64,000 nucleotides of DNA from Vicugna vicugna. Its lineage: Eukaryota. The stretch lies in NCBI GenBank assembly GCA_013265495.1, contig MU060263.1:3856878-3920877 (forward strand). Direction: 5' to 3'. The translations under genes and the position numbers were made by a program. This document shows, piece by piece, positions 38,241-50,367 of this stretch (positions are counted from its first letter, which is position 1; each line of letters starts with the position of its first letter). The notes under the pieces are model-generated. The model was not told the DNA's origin, did not search any database, and worked only from the letters and a program-made list of their open reading frames with translations.

Positions 38241-40563
38241 AATTACTACTTATTAAATTTTTTCAAAGTTTTTACAAGGACAGTTTCTACTGATATACAC
38301 AGGAAATATCATATATTTTTAAATAATAGCACTGAAATTTACTAGGTCCACCAAAAAAAATCATCTTCTTCAACTTCATCAACTTCAAATATTTTAATGA
38401 ATTGCTCAGAACAGCCAGCAAATAGTTACTAGCCACATCAGGCTGTCATAATGTTAATTAAGAAGATTTGCTGGCTGCACTTAAATTTGATTATATTCCT
38501 TTTTGGCTACCTATTTTCGCATCAAAACAAATGCAACCATCTTTTTCCCAAAGGACACCTGGAGTTCTCCTATAATGCAGAGTCTCATGGAAATCAACTA
38601 AGAGATGTATAAAGAAGTTGTAGGTCATATTAACTGTATTTTAGACCAGCTTGCCTAACTTTTTTTTTAGAGGATCAGTGACCAATAGATTTGTTATTTA
38701 AATTTCAGCATGACTCTCCAGAAAACATCCTAAGTGTTTTCAACTGTATTAGTAGCTTATTTGTTATATGATAATATAGATTTCTTTTGCTTGGGAAAAG
38801 GAACTCCTAGAATTTTAGAAAAACAGGGGATTTTATAGGGTAAAATTATATGTTAAAAATTTAAGAGATTGATAAAATAGAATTTTGAATTTCTCTACGT
38901 TTGTTTCCTGCAACTGGAGAAAGGATATGTGCAGTGTGAGGACAAACATGGTTGCCTGACTTTACTTATTTTTTAAGGGATTGGTTAAGTGGTTGGATTT
39001 AAATGTGGCCCTGCTTTGCCAAATAATAATTATTTATCCAGTAACATTTTTGCCCAAAGCCTCTATTCATAATTAGTATGAATTTTTTAAATTCCTATTT
39101 TTTAGATTTTTTTTCAGTCTTTGTTTTATTCTTTAAATGAGTTTTTATAGTTGTTATACAAAAAGATTTAAGCTTAATTAATAATTGATTAGCAAAACAC
39201 TTCTGGAAAATCTCCTGCAGCCTTGAAGGGGACTGTGTAGTTACGCAGCAGTGCAGCAGGTCTGTTTCACAGCTTGTTTCTCGCAGCGCCAGTGCAGCGC
39301 TGCAGCTTTGGCAGACGTCCGGGGGCCTGAGGAATATGCAGAGGCCTCAGTAGCCGAGTTAATTCTTTAACTAAGACTCGAGAGTGGCAGTGTTTCCTTC
39401 TAAATGTTACCTTAGATCCTAGAATGAATTCATAGCCAAGAAGAGTGGAATAAATCATGTATTAAGGTCTCATGGAAATTAGATTTGGACATATGTATCT
39501 TAAAGTTACCTAATAGTATGCTCGATAAAAGTGAAGTCATTTAAGCCTTGAATGTGATCATTGGTTTGCCTTTCATATTAATGAGTAAAGTTCTAGAGCC
39601 ATGTTAATTCCATCACAGATGTTCGTACAACAGGTCATTTCCCCGTTAGAGACTGTGACAGAGATGGGGACTTCCGTACCAGTTTTCTCATCAGGAAGTT
39701 TTACTGAACATATGGCAGTCTGCTCTGTCTGTCTCCTCCCAATTGTTCTTTTATTAAGCATTTTTAAAATATTTTAAATGTATCTTGTGATATTTATTAA
39801 GAGATTCTTCCATTTGATGATAACATTACTGGGTAAGGTCAGTCATTTTCCTTGATTTTCTGTTTTCACATAGCAGTCCTCCTATATCCCAATATATGGG
39901 CACGTTATTAAGCTGAACCTGTGATGTGTAAACATTTCCCATCAATAGATCCCACCAGATTCATTCAGCAGACTTCCAAAAATAGTGCTATTACACATGT
40001 TTATGTGAGATAAGTAAGAAAATAGCTATTTAATCATAACTATCCAAAAGAAACAAATCTTCTGGCCTTCAAGTAATTAATTTTGTAATAATACTTAGTT
40101 TTTTTTAAACAGTACAAACCACCTAAGGCTCCCTTTTCTCTCTCTCCCTGCAAGTCATTGGGGGTTCTTAAAAGAGTCAAGGAACAAAGGACAGAAAAAG
40201 CAGGAATTAGGGAAACGCCCGCTCAGTGCTTCCAGCTCTGGTAGGGCCACGTGTAGCAAGATGAGTTCATTTGTATTTTCCAGAATAATTTTTTACTTTA
40301 AAAATCAGCTGATTTGCATCTCTATTAGGTACAAGTCAACATGTCATTTATGAATTAGGTATAGTGTCTGCGTTTAGAGTTAACAGTTGAACGTGGCAAT
40401 AGCCACAGGTAGCCAGATTTTGATATGAATCAACAAATTTGGATTTAGACAAAGGTCACAAGTATGTGCCTGAAGTGTTAAATATATATATATATTTATT
40501 TATTTAAATATTAACTAATAACTGTGGTTTTATGTTTCGTTGTTTTGGTTTGTTTTTGGCTAG

Positions 40564-40640
40564 CTCATCAGAGTTGTTACAAGCTCAATTAAAGTGCAAG
40601 GAATCCTGTCTTACGCCTGTGTCATACTCTTCTATTTTGG
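40564..40640 (+). CDS. TAPT1: TAPT1 exon 12 (77 nt) LIRVVTSSIKVQGILSYACVILFYF(G)
   Basis: Acceptor tttggctag|CTC and donor TGG|gtaaga. Confidence 0.96.
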
Positions 40641-43600
40641 GTAAGATTAACTACTCTTGAATATGCTTTGGGTCATACAGTAAAGTTTAAATGCAAGGTG
40701 TAATGGAAGTTAATAGCAACCAAATCATATTGGACCCATCCCAACTGTCCTGGGGGTCTCCCTTGAGAGCGTGTATCTCCAGATGCATTTGCGACTCAGT
40801 TAATTCTGGTTAAATTAAATCTGCTATTCGGTAGTAGGATTAACAGCACTTTAGATTTTATTTTAATCTTTTAATGTAATCATTTACTTTAAAACCCTTT
40901 TGTGCTTAGAATTTTAAGTTTCACTCATATTTTCTTTTATGATAAAATCTGCCATTGCAGTCAGACATTTTTCTATGTTTAAAAAAAAACTCTTTGTTTC
41001 TACTCTGTTTGCTACATGAGTTGTTTAGCACACTCTAGGCGTATGTCATCATAAACCCAAAGGAGATGCAGGACTGTAGTTCTCAGCCTGTGACTGGCTG
41101 AACTTTTATCTGCAGACTTGTTGGTCTCCTGCAGCTTATGTCTGCCTGGGAATGACAAACGGTAACAAATTCACGACTAAAACACTAAAATAGTAATAAG
41201 CAGTGTGAAGAAAATAATATAAAAAGGCGTTTTTGCCGCCACTAGTTTTCTCAAGGTGTGAATTTATGACAGTAGCCCAGCCGAGCTTTAGATTCACTTA
41301 CTTCCGAGGCAGAAAGGGGTCCGTCCCTGCGCTCGCGGGCAGTGACGCACCAGGAGCTGTGCTCAGGGTCTGGGTGATGGTCAGAACTGAGTCGTCCCTC
41401 GAGGGGGTAAGGTGAGGAGAGAATAAGCCTCGCGGTGGTGACCTCAGCCGGAAATGCACCCAGAATCTGCCCCGGGGACGAGGTCTGCTTTCCAGAGACC
41501 TCTGGGTATCTCCTGCTTCACGTTTGGAGTGTGTTTTCTACACTGCCCTCTGCCCAATAACTGGCCTGGCAGGACAGTCACTTCTTACTGTCTACACCGA
41601 GCCCGTAGGTCGGGAAGAAGCTTCCCACAGCTTCAGTGCCCCGTTCAGGCAGCACGGCTGATTTCAGTGATGCCCAGAGCAAGAAAGAGTTCAGATCAGA
41701 CTGTGTGCCATTTACTGGTTTCCGTCTGAATGAACATAGAAATCCTTTACTAGGTTAAGGAGACTCTTTTCAGTTTTTTGCCATGAAAAAACACGAGGTC
41801 CTCCTTCCTGGCACAAATGCTCCCTCCGCCCTCCAGAGTTCTTCTCAGCGTTGTTCCTGGTTTATCTCTGCTCTACTGGGCATAGAGTGGGCAGGGACAG
41901 CCCAGGAAGGGGCTGGCAGTGATGAGAAGGGAGGGAACCCCTAGAGGCTTCTGAGCAGAGGAGGGGCAGGGTCCATCTGGCTTTTTGCAAGGGCCACCCT
42001 GGCTGGTGTGCTGAGAATGACTGGAGTGTAGCGAGAAGAGAAGCAAGGTCAGCCAAGTCATGAGCTGTACAGTCGTCCAGGGAGAGGACCGTGGCTGGGT
42101 TTGGGTGGCAAGAATCTGTCAGCTGGTGTTTATGTGAAAGCGGAGGTGGACGAGACCTGCTGATGAATTGATTGGGTGGGAGGTGGGGAAACAGGAAAAA
42201 TCAAATGTGATTAGAGTTTGTGGCCCAAGCAGTCAGGGTAGAGGAAGTACCACTTACTGGGAGGGGGAAGCCTCTGAGAGATACACGTGGGACTGGGTTG
42301 GGTTTTTTGGAGGATTGGAATTGGGATCGAGAGTTCCGATTTGGCTTTACTACCTTGCAGTCCTACTAGCTACTCCTTAGGCAGTGTCGAGGACGCGGTG
42401 GCAGGGCTGAGGGATGAGTTCAGGGGGAAGTTGGGATTGGCGGTCAGTCTGGAGGTGTGACGCCCGCAAGCGGAGGGTCCGCTCAGCCTTGGATCTGTGT
42501 TTGCATCCGTACCCTTGGAGTTGGGAGGCCGGGGACAGTGAAGGAAGCCTGTTTGCATCTTGCTTTGACCTTCTGCCAGGCTCCTCCTCAGACTTGCCCT
42601 CACCGACCTTCAATGTCCTGTTATTGCCTGGAGTTCATCTCAAGAGTAAGAAATGGCCACCCACGTCTTCACTTGCTGAACTAGCCATGGGGTCCTTGGT
42701 GCTGTGTCATTCACAGGCCCCTATTTGTGAGAAAATAGCAATGTGAAGAATTTTTTCAAAATTTTTTGCCAGATTTGTTTCAAATGCCTAAAAATGTTGT
42801 GTACCTTTTGGCCCAGAAATCCCACTTCTGTGATTATTGGTATTTTGGAATTTATCTTAAGGAAACATGGATTTAATAAAGTTCTGTTAGCCAGAAACTT
42901 TTTAATAGAAGCTAAATATTAGAAATAACCTAAAGAATCAGAAATTAAGGGCTTTGGGGGCCTTTGTTACATGATAACCAGGACAGTGAAATGTTCTGAG
43001 ACCATTGAGATCATGGCACCAAGGAACACCAGCAGGCTGGGAGAATGCTCATGATGTGTTGTCTTGTGGTAGTAAGGTACAAACTAGTTGGCATTTCTGT
43101 GTGCCCAGCACTGTTCTGAGCACCTGACTGAAATACACCCCCCCTTTAAGGATTAACTGGTCAAGAAATCCACTCAGGTCCACACCGTACCTAAGCAGTG
43201 GAGTCAGGATTCAAACTCATACACTTGGCCCTGAGTCTTTACTCTAAACTCCAGTCCCCTACTGTCTTCTAAAGGGACCCATTTCTGAACAGTGCAAATA
43301 GATGTGCACTCAGAGCAGAAATAACTGGAAGATAATAAACTAAACGTCGCAGTGATTAGCAGTGGACTGTGGGATTGTGAGTTTTTTCTTGGTTCGTCTG
43401 CATTTGCTAACTGTATTTGTTTTTTAATAAGGGAATAAATGTTAAATAACTTAGTACAGATAGGACTTCTGAGTGAGATAAGTTTCTTCTTAAAATGAGA
43501 ACTAAGGAGTTTATCAGAAATTTTCCCCCGTTGTCAAAGACGCCTCGGGAGAGGGCTTTGCGTACGGACCTCGTCCGTCTCAGACTCCGCCCAGCGATGC

Positions 43601-43708
43601 CCGGCCCCTCCCCGCGCCCTCCGCCCTCTCATCAGCGGTGGAGGTCATGGCGTTCACCGAGGCTGAGATGAGTTCCAGCAGTGGATGGGTGTTTCCTTCT
43701 GGTTTTAG

Positions 43709-43869
43709 GTTGATCTCCCTGAAAGTACTTAACAGCATTGTCCTGCTGGGAAAGTCCTGCCAGTACGTGAAGGAAGCCAAGATGGAAGAAAAGTTGTTCA
43801 ACCCTCCCCCAGCCGGCGCTGCGGGCAAACCGTGCAGTAAATCGCAAAGTAAATGTAAACCCTCTCAAG
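43709..43869 (+). CDS. TAPT1: TAPT1 exon 13 (161 nt) LISLKVLNSIVLLGKSCQYVKEAKMEEKLFNPPPAGAAGKPCSKSQSKCKPSQ
   Basis: Acceptor ggttttag|G and donor AAG|gtaggt. Confidence 0.96.
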
Positions 43870-44199
43870 GTAGGTTGAGTCCTTCTTACCACTCCTGTGA
43901 AACATTATCTAAAGAATTAATTGTCGGAACTCTACATAATAAGAAAAGAAAAATCACTTTTCAGTCAGCTTCTAGCAGCGCTTTCAAGATTTGACTTCAC
44001 TTTGCTTGGTTGCCGACTGTTAGTGTTTACGCCGCAGAGGTCCTGGCAGGTGCCCCTGCGCACCGCTCCGCCTTTACGTTCATCCTCGCCGCGCAGAGGG
44101 GCTGTTGGGCCGCTGTCACCTGGCCGGTCCAGGGATGCGGCCTGGGGGAAGGGCCGAGCTCGGCTGCCGGGAGCTGGGCAGAAAGGGTGGGTGAATGTG

Positions 44200-44720
44200 C
44201 GCGGTGGCGGGAAGTGCTGTCGGGAACGCTAAAGGGGGTCGGGAAAGGGGACGCGGGAGGGGGAACCGGGGGCACTCCCCGGCCGAGGAGAGGGCGTCCG
44301 AGCAGAGATGGCGGAGCCTTCCCGGGAGGAGCCGCCCAGGCAGAGGCCAGCACGCACCTGCACGGGCCCAGGGTGGGGCGTGCCTGGCACGTCGAGGGAC
44401 AGCAGGGGACAGGGAGGGTGGAGTGGCGTCTGGAGGAGGCGTCGAAGGGGCCGCCCAGGGCTCCGGGTCACCCAGGCCCCGCGGGCTCTTGTGAGGACCT
44501 TGGCTTTGACTGCATGAGAAGGAGTCGTTGCAGGGCTTGGAGCAGAGGAGTGACGCGGCCCAGCAGACATTTTTAAAGGGTTATTTCTCAGTCTTGGTGG
44601 AAAACAGACTCGAGGAAGGCGAGCCCAAAGGCGGAGGCCGGCGGGGAGGCTGCCGGGCGCGGAGCTCGGGTCAGCGCGTGAGCGGGAGCCCGGACTCCGC
44701 CTCCGGGAGAGCAGGGGCCA
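44200..44720 (-). mobile_element. L2 fragment, unusually GC- and CpG-rich
   Basis: cccaggcagagg...tgcacgggccc...gaggaccttggctttga...gagcagaggagtgac...catttttaaagg appear in the same order as in the L2 consensus as recalled. Confidence 0.65.
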
Positions 44721-45043
44721 GTGTTCACTGCGCAGGTCTGGCAGCGATCGTATTGGGGCTTGGTTTTATGGGACGACGTTTGTTACACAGCTAAGGGTGT
44801 TATTTGTGCGATATGATCCACATAATTAATAGCTTCTGTGTAAAACTCTGGGTGACAGACAGACGGAGTGCAGCCTCTGAGTTTCCTCACTGACTGCGGT
44901 GCTTGTGCAGCGTGCTGTTTGGCTATTACTCGCCTGATCCAAAAGCGTGACTGATAGACGCCTTTTTTAACTATATTGGTAAACCTGTGTTTATTTTAAG
45001 TTGGGGGAAAATCCTCTAATTATGTGAATCTGTTTTTCCACAG

Positions 45044-45261
45044 AAGAAAACCTGTCTGCTTCGGTCACCAGCCAGCCTATTCATCAAAAGGAAAATGTCG
45101 TACCACTGCTTGTGACAAGCAATTCTGATCAGTTTCTGACGACGCCAGATGGTGATGAGAAGGACATAACACAAGAAAACTCTGAGCTAAAACACAGATC
45201 CTCAAAGAAAGATTTGTTAGAGATAGACAGGTTCACAATTTGTGGAAACCGAATTGACTGA
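45044..45261 (+). CDS. TAPT1: TAPT1 exon 14, coding part (218 nt) EENLSASVTSQPIHQKENVVPLLVTSNSDQFLTTPDGDEKDITQENSELKHRSSKKDLLEIDRFTICGNRID*
   Basis: Acceptor tttttccacag|AA (phase 1); stop TGA at 45259-45261. The exact acceptor is less certain than the frame (see findings). Confidence 0.9.
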
Positions 45262-45739
45262 ATTCTGTGGCTCCTTGTGCCAAAGAGGCAGAGTCCTGGG
45301 GTGGCAAATGCTGTAATACCAGGATGGACAGATGCTAAAAGTGGCACTTACATATTTATTTAAAAACTTAAGTTATTAATGGAAAGCAAATCTCAGTGTC
45401 CTTCCTCCAGTCGCGTGGTCCGGCTGAAGGTCGGGTCACGTGGGCCAGCCGGCAGTGACCTCCGGCCTTGACTCTGGAAAACTTGACACACGGGGAAAAG
45501 TTGCTCCTGCTTGGCGAAGTGGCAGAGTCACCCCCGGCCCGACGGGAGCAGCCTCAGAATCACTTCTGCTTTGTCGGTCTGTGCTTCCAGAACATCAGAT
45601 TTTGCCTTGAGTCCCTTTCAGTATAAGGATATTCCTGGAAACCCGTGAAGCTCTTACCACGGCGCTCCCTTGCCAGCCTCACTCTATTTCCATAAGCAGT
45701 TTTCAGACGTCATTTCATCTGCCAAAGCGTTAAAAAAAG

Positions 45740-45815
45740 AATAAACTTAAGTCAAGATAAATGTTCTTACCACCAGAATAATCTTTGAAGATGTATCTGA
45801 ATTAATCAGAATAAA
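45740..45815 (+). terminator. Proximal candidate poly(A) signals
   Basis: AATAAA at 45740-45745 and at 45810-45815. Confidence 0.4.
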
Positions 45816-47139
45816 AGGCTACCTTAAATAAGACATAATGAATAGTAGCATTTTATAGGAGAAAAAAAAACTTTAAGCCAGTTTATTTAAAAAATATTCA
45901 GTAATGAAGGTTATGCATCACTGAGAAAATGTTTCATACTCTGTACAGCCAAACATGAGCTGTGTATTGTTTAATTACAGTGGATAAAATAGAAATTCCC
46001 TTTAAAAAAGGCACTTTTTATACTGAAAAAGCAGAGCAGTGTTAACTTTAATGTATAATTAACTGGTTTCACTTCAAAACTAATTGCTTCATAAATTGTT
46101 ACAGTTAAAAGGATTTGGTGTTGAACAGGCTGTCAGTGTACAGAATTCAAAGGTATCAACTTTAACTGGGTTTTCAAAGTAAGTTTTACAGTCAATATCC
46201 TAAGTGGACGGGACATCGTCTCTCTTGGGCTTAGAGAATGTGCTCGGCTTTCCATCTGTGCACATGTGCTGGGGATGGGCAAGCTGTGTTGGGGGGGAAG
46301 TAAATGGAGTGTTTGGGACATGTGTCTGTGTATGTGTGTGGATGTTGGGAACAGCAGCTAAAAGATGATTTTTGGTTTTATTTGAGATCAAGATTCCATT
46401 TCTGCTTAATTACTAGTCTGTGGCCTGCATTATAGGACAAGTTACTTTCCACCACATTTTATCTTGAGAAACCTTTCTGCATTTTTATAAAAATTCTACG
46501 ATGTCTAATTTCAAGACATCCAGATGTCACTGTTAACTGTTACTCCCTTTGATGTTTTTCCATTTTGAAGTTCAGCTCTCATGCTGATTATTTCCGGCAT
46601 ATGACGTGCAGAAGGTTAAGTTTAGGTGATTTGTCTATTTCCTGGATGAAATGCAAAGCAAGCTTTAATTTGGCTTGTTCATTTGAAAAACAAAAGTGAA
46701 TTTTAATGTTTTGCATTAAAGCTGAAGAAATCTGAAGATTAATGTTCACATAGGGTAAAAAGAGGAAATTGTACAAAAACAGTTTTGTGAAACCAGGAAG
46801 TATTTTAAGTTAAAAATGAAAGACTTTAAATTGCTCTGTATGTGTCAGTGAAGCCCCATTTTTAAATTAGTCTCTTTTCCGTCTTCTCTTCACCATAAGG
46901 AACAGTATCCATGAGGAATGGGAATAGTCTGGGGAAAACTTGGCCAAACATAGCCCTCATCAGAGCAAGAATATGATTTGGGTATATCTTCCAATTCAGC
47001 TTGAATTACTCTGTTGTGCTGTCATTTTCGGGAGATTTTTTTCTTTTCCAGAATATATTGGGAGTTTGGAATGATGTTCATTTCTTCTGTTAAAATGGCA
47101 TTCAGTACTAATTTTATAAGTGCATCTTGTGTGAAACTC

Positions 47140-47145
47140 AATAAA
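47140..47145 (+). terminator. Middle candidate poly(A) signal
   Basis: AATAAA followed by U-rich sequence. Confidence 0.45.
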
Positions 47146-48049
47146 TTCAATTTTGTAATCTTTTTTAAAAAGGTCACTGAATTTATTTTAATAGTATTTA
47201 CTGCTATATTTGCTGGAGTAAATTTCCCACTCTGGTAAGAATTCATTTCCAAGTGACAGGACTAATTCACATTATTCTTTTGGTTTTAATGGGAGCAAAA
47301 TGTTTGATTTTTGTCTTTAAAAAAAATAGGCTTGTTCTTGATCATAGGCAATTTAATGTCTCTCAGCAAATTAAGGTACTTCATTTTACAGGTGTTTTGA
47401 ATGTCACACTGTGCTTTTCCACATCTGGGAGTCAAAGTTGACAGTGCTTTGGTTAAAAAAAAAACCTAAGTCACATTCATTAGCTGTTTCTTTGGGATAG
47501 AAGTATAAATACCAAGGGTCTTTCAGAACTGGTCCAGATTTTCTTTGTACTTTGTACTTTTGTAGTCTGGCTGGCATTTAGACTTTCTGCTCTATACATA
47601 TACATGCAAGAATCTTGTTATATATATTTAGAGCTTCAGAAATGTTCCTGCCATTTCTGGTAACCCAGCAGAGAAGGATGTAAAGTCACAAAATAACTTA
47701 AAGTCACTGCATTTCGATAGGTTTCAGTCCCATCTATCCATGGAGGTTTTTCAGTCATCTGAGTGTCGGGAATTGCTCTAGGTGCTGGAACCAGCAGTGG
47801 GCAAGTCCCTCCCTCCCAGGGGAGACTGGGAGTAACAAGGCAGAGGTAACCGCTGCTGGAGGCAAGTCGGGTGATGACCAAAGGCCCCTCGGGTTTATTT
47901 CCGTTTTGAAATATATTTCTTTAACTTTTTAACAAAAATCTGATTTTTTTTCCTATTGGATTTGCTTAAAATCAAGCACTAGTATAGCAGTTTCACACTG
48001 CTTCTATAAAACAAAGACAAAAACACTTTTGCACTAAATACTGCTGGTT

Positions 48050-48430
48050 GTCCACCAGCATCTTCTGTTGCATAAGCAGAGTTGTCACTGGGCTCGCAGC
48101 TGCCTGGCTGGGGACTGCGTTCCCTTGTCCCTCTTGCTGAGACATGTGGCCAGGTGACTAATCTCACCAAGAGATGGAAGCTGAAGGGCATATACCATCA
48201 CGAGGCCCCTCCACCAGTCCCCGTCCCACCAGCTGGACCCTAGAGGAGGTGTGCCCTCACCCCAGCCTTGCAGATCCACGCATGGGGCCTCCTGGGTCCC
48301 AGAACGCCTTTGCGAGTGGAGTTGTCATCAGCTTGGAGCACTCAGATTAGACTGTACGAGAGAGAGATCTACATGCCTTTGGCTCTGAGCCACTGAATCT
48401 GAAAGTTCTGTATCACAGCCCACATTCATA
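48050..48430 (+). mobile_element. Old MaLR LTR (MLT1F/G/H-like) inside the putative 3' UTR
   Basis: atgtggccaggtgactaatctcaccaagagatggaagctgaag...gagagagatctac...tgagccactg. Confidence 0.5.
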
Positions 48431-48766
48431 CATGGAAATCTAGAAGGGCTATTTCGGGAACTTCACATAAAGGAGTGGATGTGAGACCTAACGTCCTTGA
48501 ACACATGCTTCTGAAAATACTCTTTGGATGTTTACTATTAGTTGTTTATAGGGAAAAAGGTAAAACGACCGCGCCCCTCTTACTCAGCGGTCGGACCTCC
48601 AGCACCCTGGGCCATCACGACCTGAACATCACAGTGTTGACAAGTGGCCAAGTACTGTTTGTTCGCGTCTCTACAGAACAGGCGGGCCTTGCCCCTTGTC
48701 TCTCAGGAAGTTGTGTATACAGTAAGCGTAGACTGTGAGTACAGCCTGACAGCATAGAAATTTGGA

Positions 48767-48772
48767 AATAAA
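48767..48772 (+). terminator. Distal candidate poly(A) signal
   Basis: AATAAA with an upstream TGTA at 48714-48717; repeat-dense DNA begins shortly downstream. Confidence 0.5.
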
Positions 48773-49895
48773 AGTTCATGTATCAATCAGCAAAATCATG
48801 ATCATCTGGGGCCAGTTTGAGGCAAATGGTACTGTGCACGTGGCGGCTGAGACGCGATCCCTGTGTCAGTCAGTGCAGGGTGCTACTCGGCACCCAGTGT
48901 GCCCGAGGCACCTGGGGTGGTTTAGATTATGTTGAATCTGATTAAGGAGGAATGGGAACAGTTGAGAGGGGAAGTCATTAAAAAAAGGAAATCGATGTGG
49001 TAAGGGAGTTGGCAGTTCTGAGAAGTTTGCTTAGGAGCAGTGGGTGCAGCTGCACGGAGCAAACACGACCTCGCTCTTCCCAGTCTCAGTAAGAAAAGGA
49101 AGTCAATGCGCATGGCAGGTTGAAAGTCGTTTCAACTGCATCCCTTAAAAAAGAAGGGAAGGTATCTGCACAATGTACTTTGCCTTTTAACAGCCTTCTT
49201 TTTGGCAGATGAGGAAACTGAAGGTCTTGAGGGTACACTTGGCACATTTTTAAGGGAATTAAATCAGGAATGACCGTATATAAGCTCTTGAGGAGTGAAT
49301 CCCCTGCAAAACATGTTACTTTTGAAACTGCAAGTACTTTCAACAAGCATATTTCCATTTCATTTTAGGTATTCGACATAAAAATCTAAATACCAGGGAA
49401 AGTCAGAGATAGCTATAACGTCAGGGGGTTAACTAGATATAAGCGAAATATGACAAACACACAAATAGCTTGGTGGACTTGATGTGACAGATGTCACTGG
49501 CACAGTCACCGTGCACAGCACAGAACTGAATGAGTTGTGCTCTCTGCTCAGAGTTTGTCCGCTGTCTGGTGGGGGGACCACCTGCTGAGGTAAGTGCTAC
49601 CACAAACATCAGTGCAGGTGGCAGCAGAACGTCTCATTCAGACGTTTCGCCGTGTTCACTGCAGCCCAGCATCTTGTACAGTTCCCGGCACATGGATGCG
49701 GCCAATGAATATTCATTGAATGAATAAATGTATTGGATGCATCACCTCACTGTGGAGGATGTGCACTTGGGCAGCTTTGAAAAAGAGTTGGAATTAAGTG
49801 GGTTTAAAAAAAAGAAAGGTAGGGCAAGCCAGAAATAAACAAAGGAGGAAAGAGCACAGCAATGTCTTCCGGCACATGTCTTCACCCACTCGGGA

Positions 49896-50367
49896 TGTCA
49901 CCGAAGGCAAGTTCGTGTGCCCGCCGCTCCCTGAGGCCAAACAAACTGAAACATCGAAATCTGGAGCAGAGAAAGGTTTATTGCAGGGTTGAGCAAGGAG
50001 GACGGGGTGGCTTATGCCCAAGAAAACCCCGAACTCCCTGAAGGGTTTCAGCAAAGCATATTTATAGACCAGATGAGGGAGGGGGTCGCAGGGTGCATGA
50101 TCAGCTCATGCACAAATCTCTGATTGGTTGATGTGGAGGGAACAGGGCAGTCAACACTATCAACCCCTGGGCGCCGGAAGGTCTGGGGGCTACGCCTTCT
50201 CAATCATCAAGTAATTTCTTCCCTTTAGTGATGGTTTTAAGCTTCTGAAAAACTCAGGAAATATACATGAGATACTATTATCCAGGTGCTTCAGAGAGGA
50301 GCTGCAGCAGAGCATATAGGGGAGGAGTCTGAACCTGGAAGGCCCCACAGGGTCCTGCTCCGTTACA
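49896..50367 (-). mobile_element. ERV1-type solo LTR (472 bp), TSD GGGA
   Basis: TG...CA ends; GGGA at 49892-49895 and 50368-50371; minus-strand CCAAT (50123-50127), TATAAATA (50059-50066) and AATAAA (49977-49982). Confidence 0.88.

Larger units (their letters stand above)
43541..44780. promoter_or_regulatory. CpG-rich, GC-rich patches flanking exon 13 (CpG-island-like)
   Basis: Hand count for 44641-44700: 10 CpG and 49 of 60 bases G+C. The two patches are ~43541-43670 and ~44020-44780. Confidence 0.6.
1..48790 (+). other. TAPT1: TAPT1 transcription unit (5'-partial: intron 2 through the 3' UTR)
   Basis: 12 GT-AG-bounded exons join in frame (119+163+136+98+70+81+110+60+69+77+161+218 = 1362 nt). 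The translation matches TAPT1 as I recall it. The 3' end is an estimate from the distal AATAAA. Confidence 0.95.

Noticed and set aside
43580-44794. Cluster of overlapping 70-188-aa ORFs on both strands
   Set aside because: Apart from the frame containing exon 13, these are stop-poor by-products of high GC content in L2-derived DNA.
46030-47455. CAGTGY hexamers in the 3' UTR as iron-responsive elements
   Set aside because: The flanks do not form the required 5-bp stem with a C bulge.
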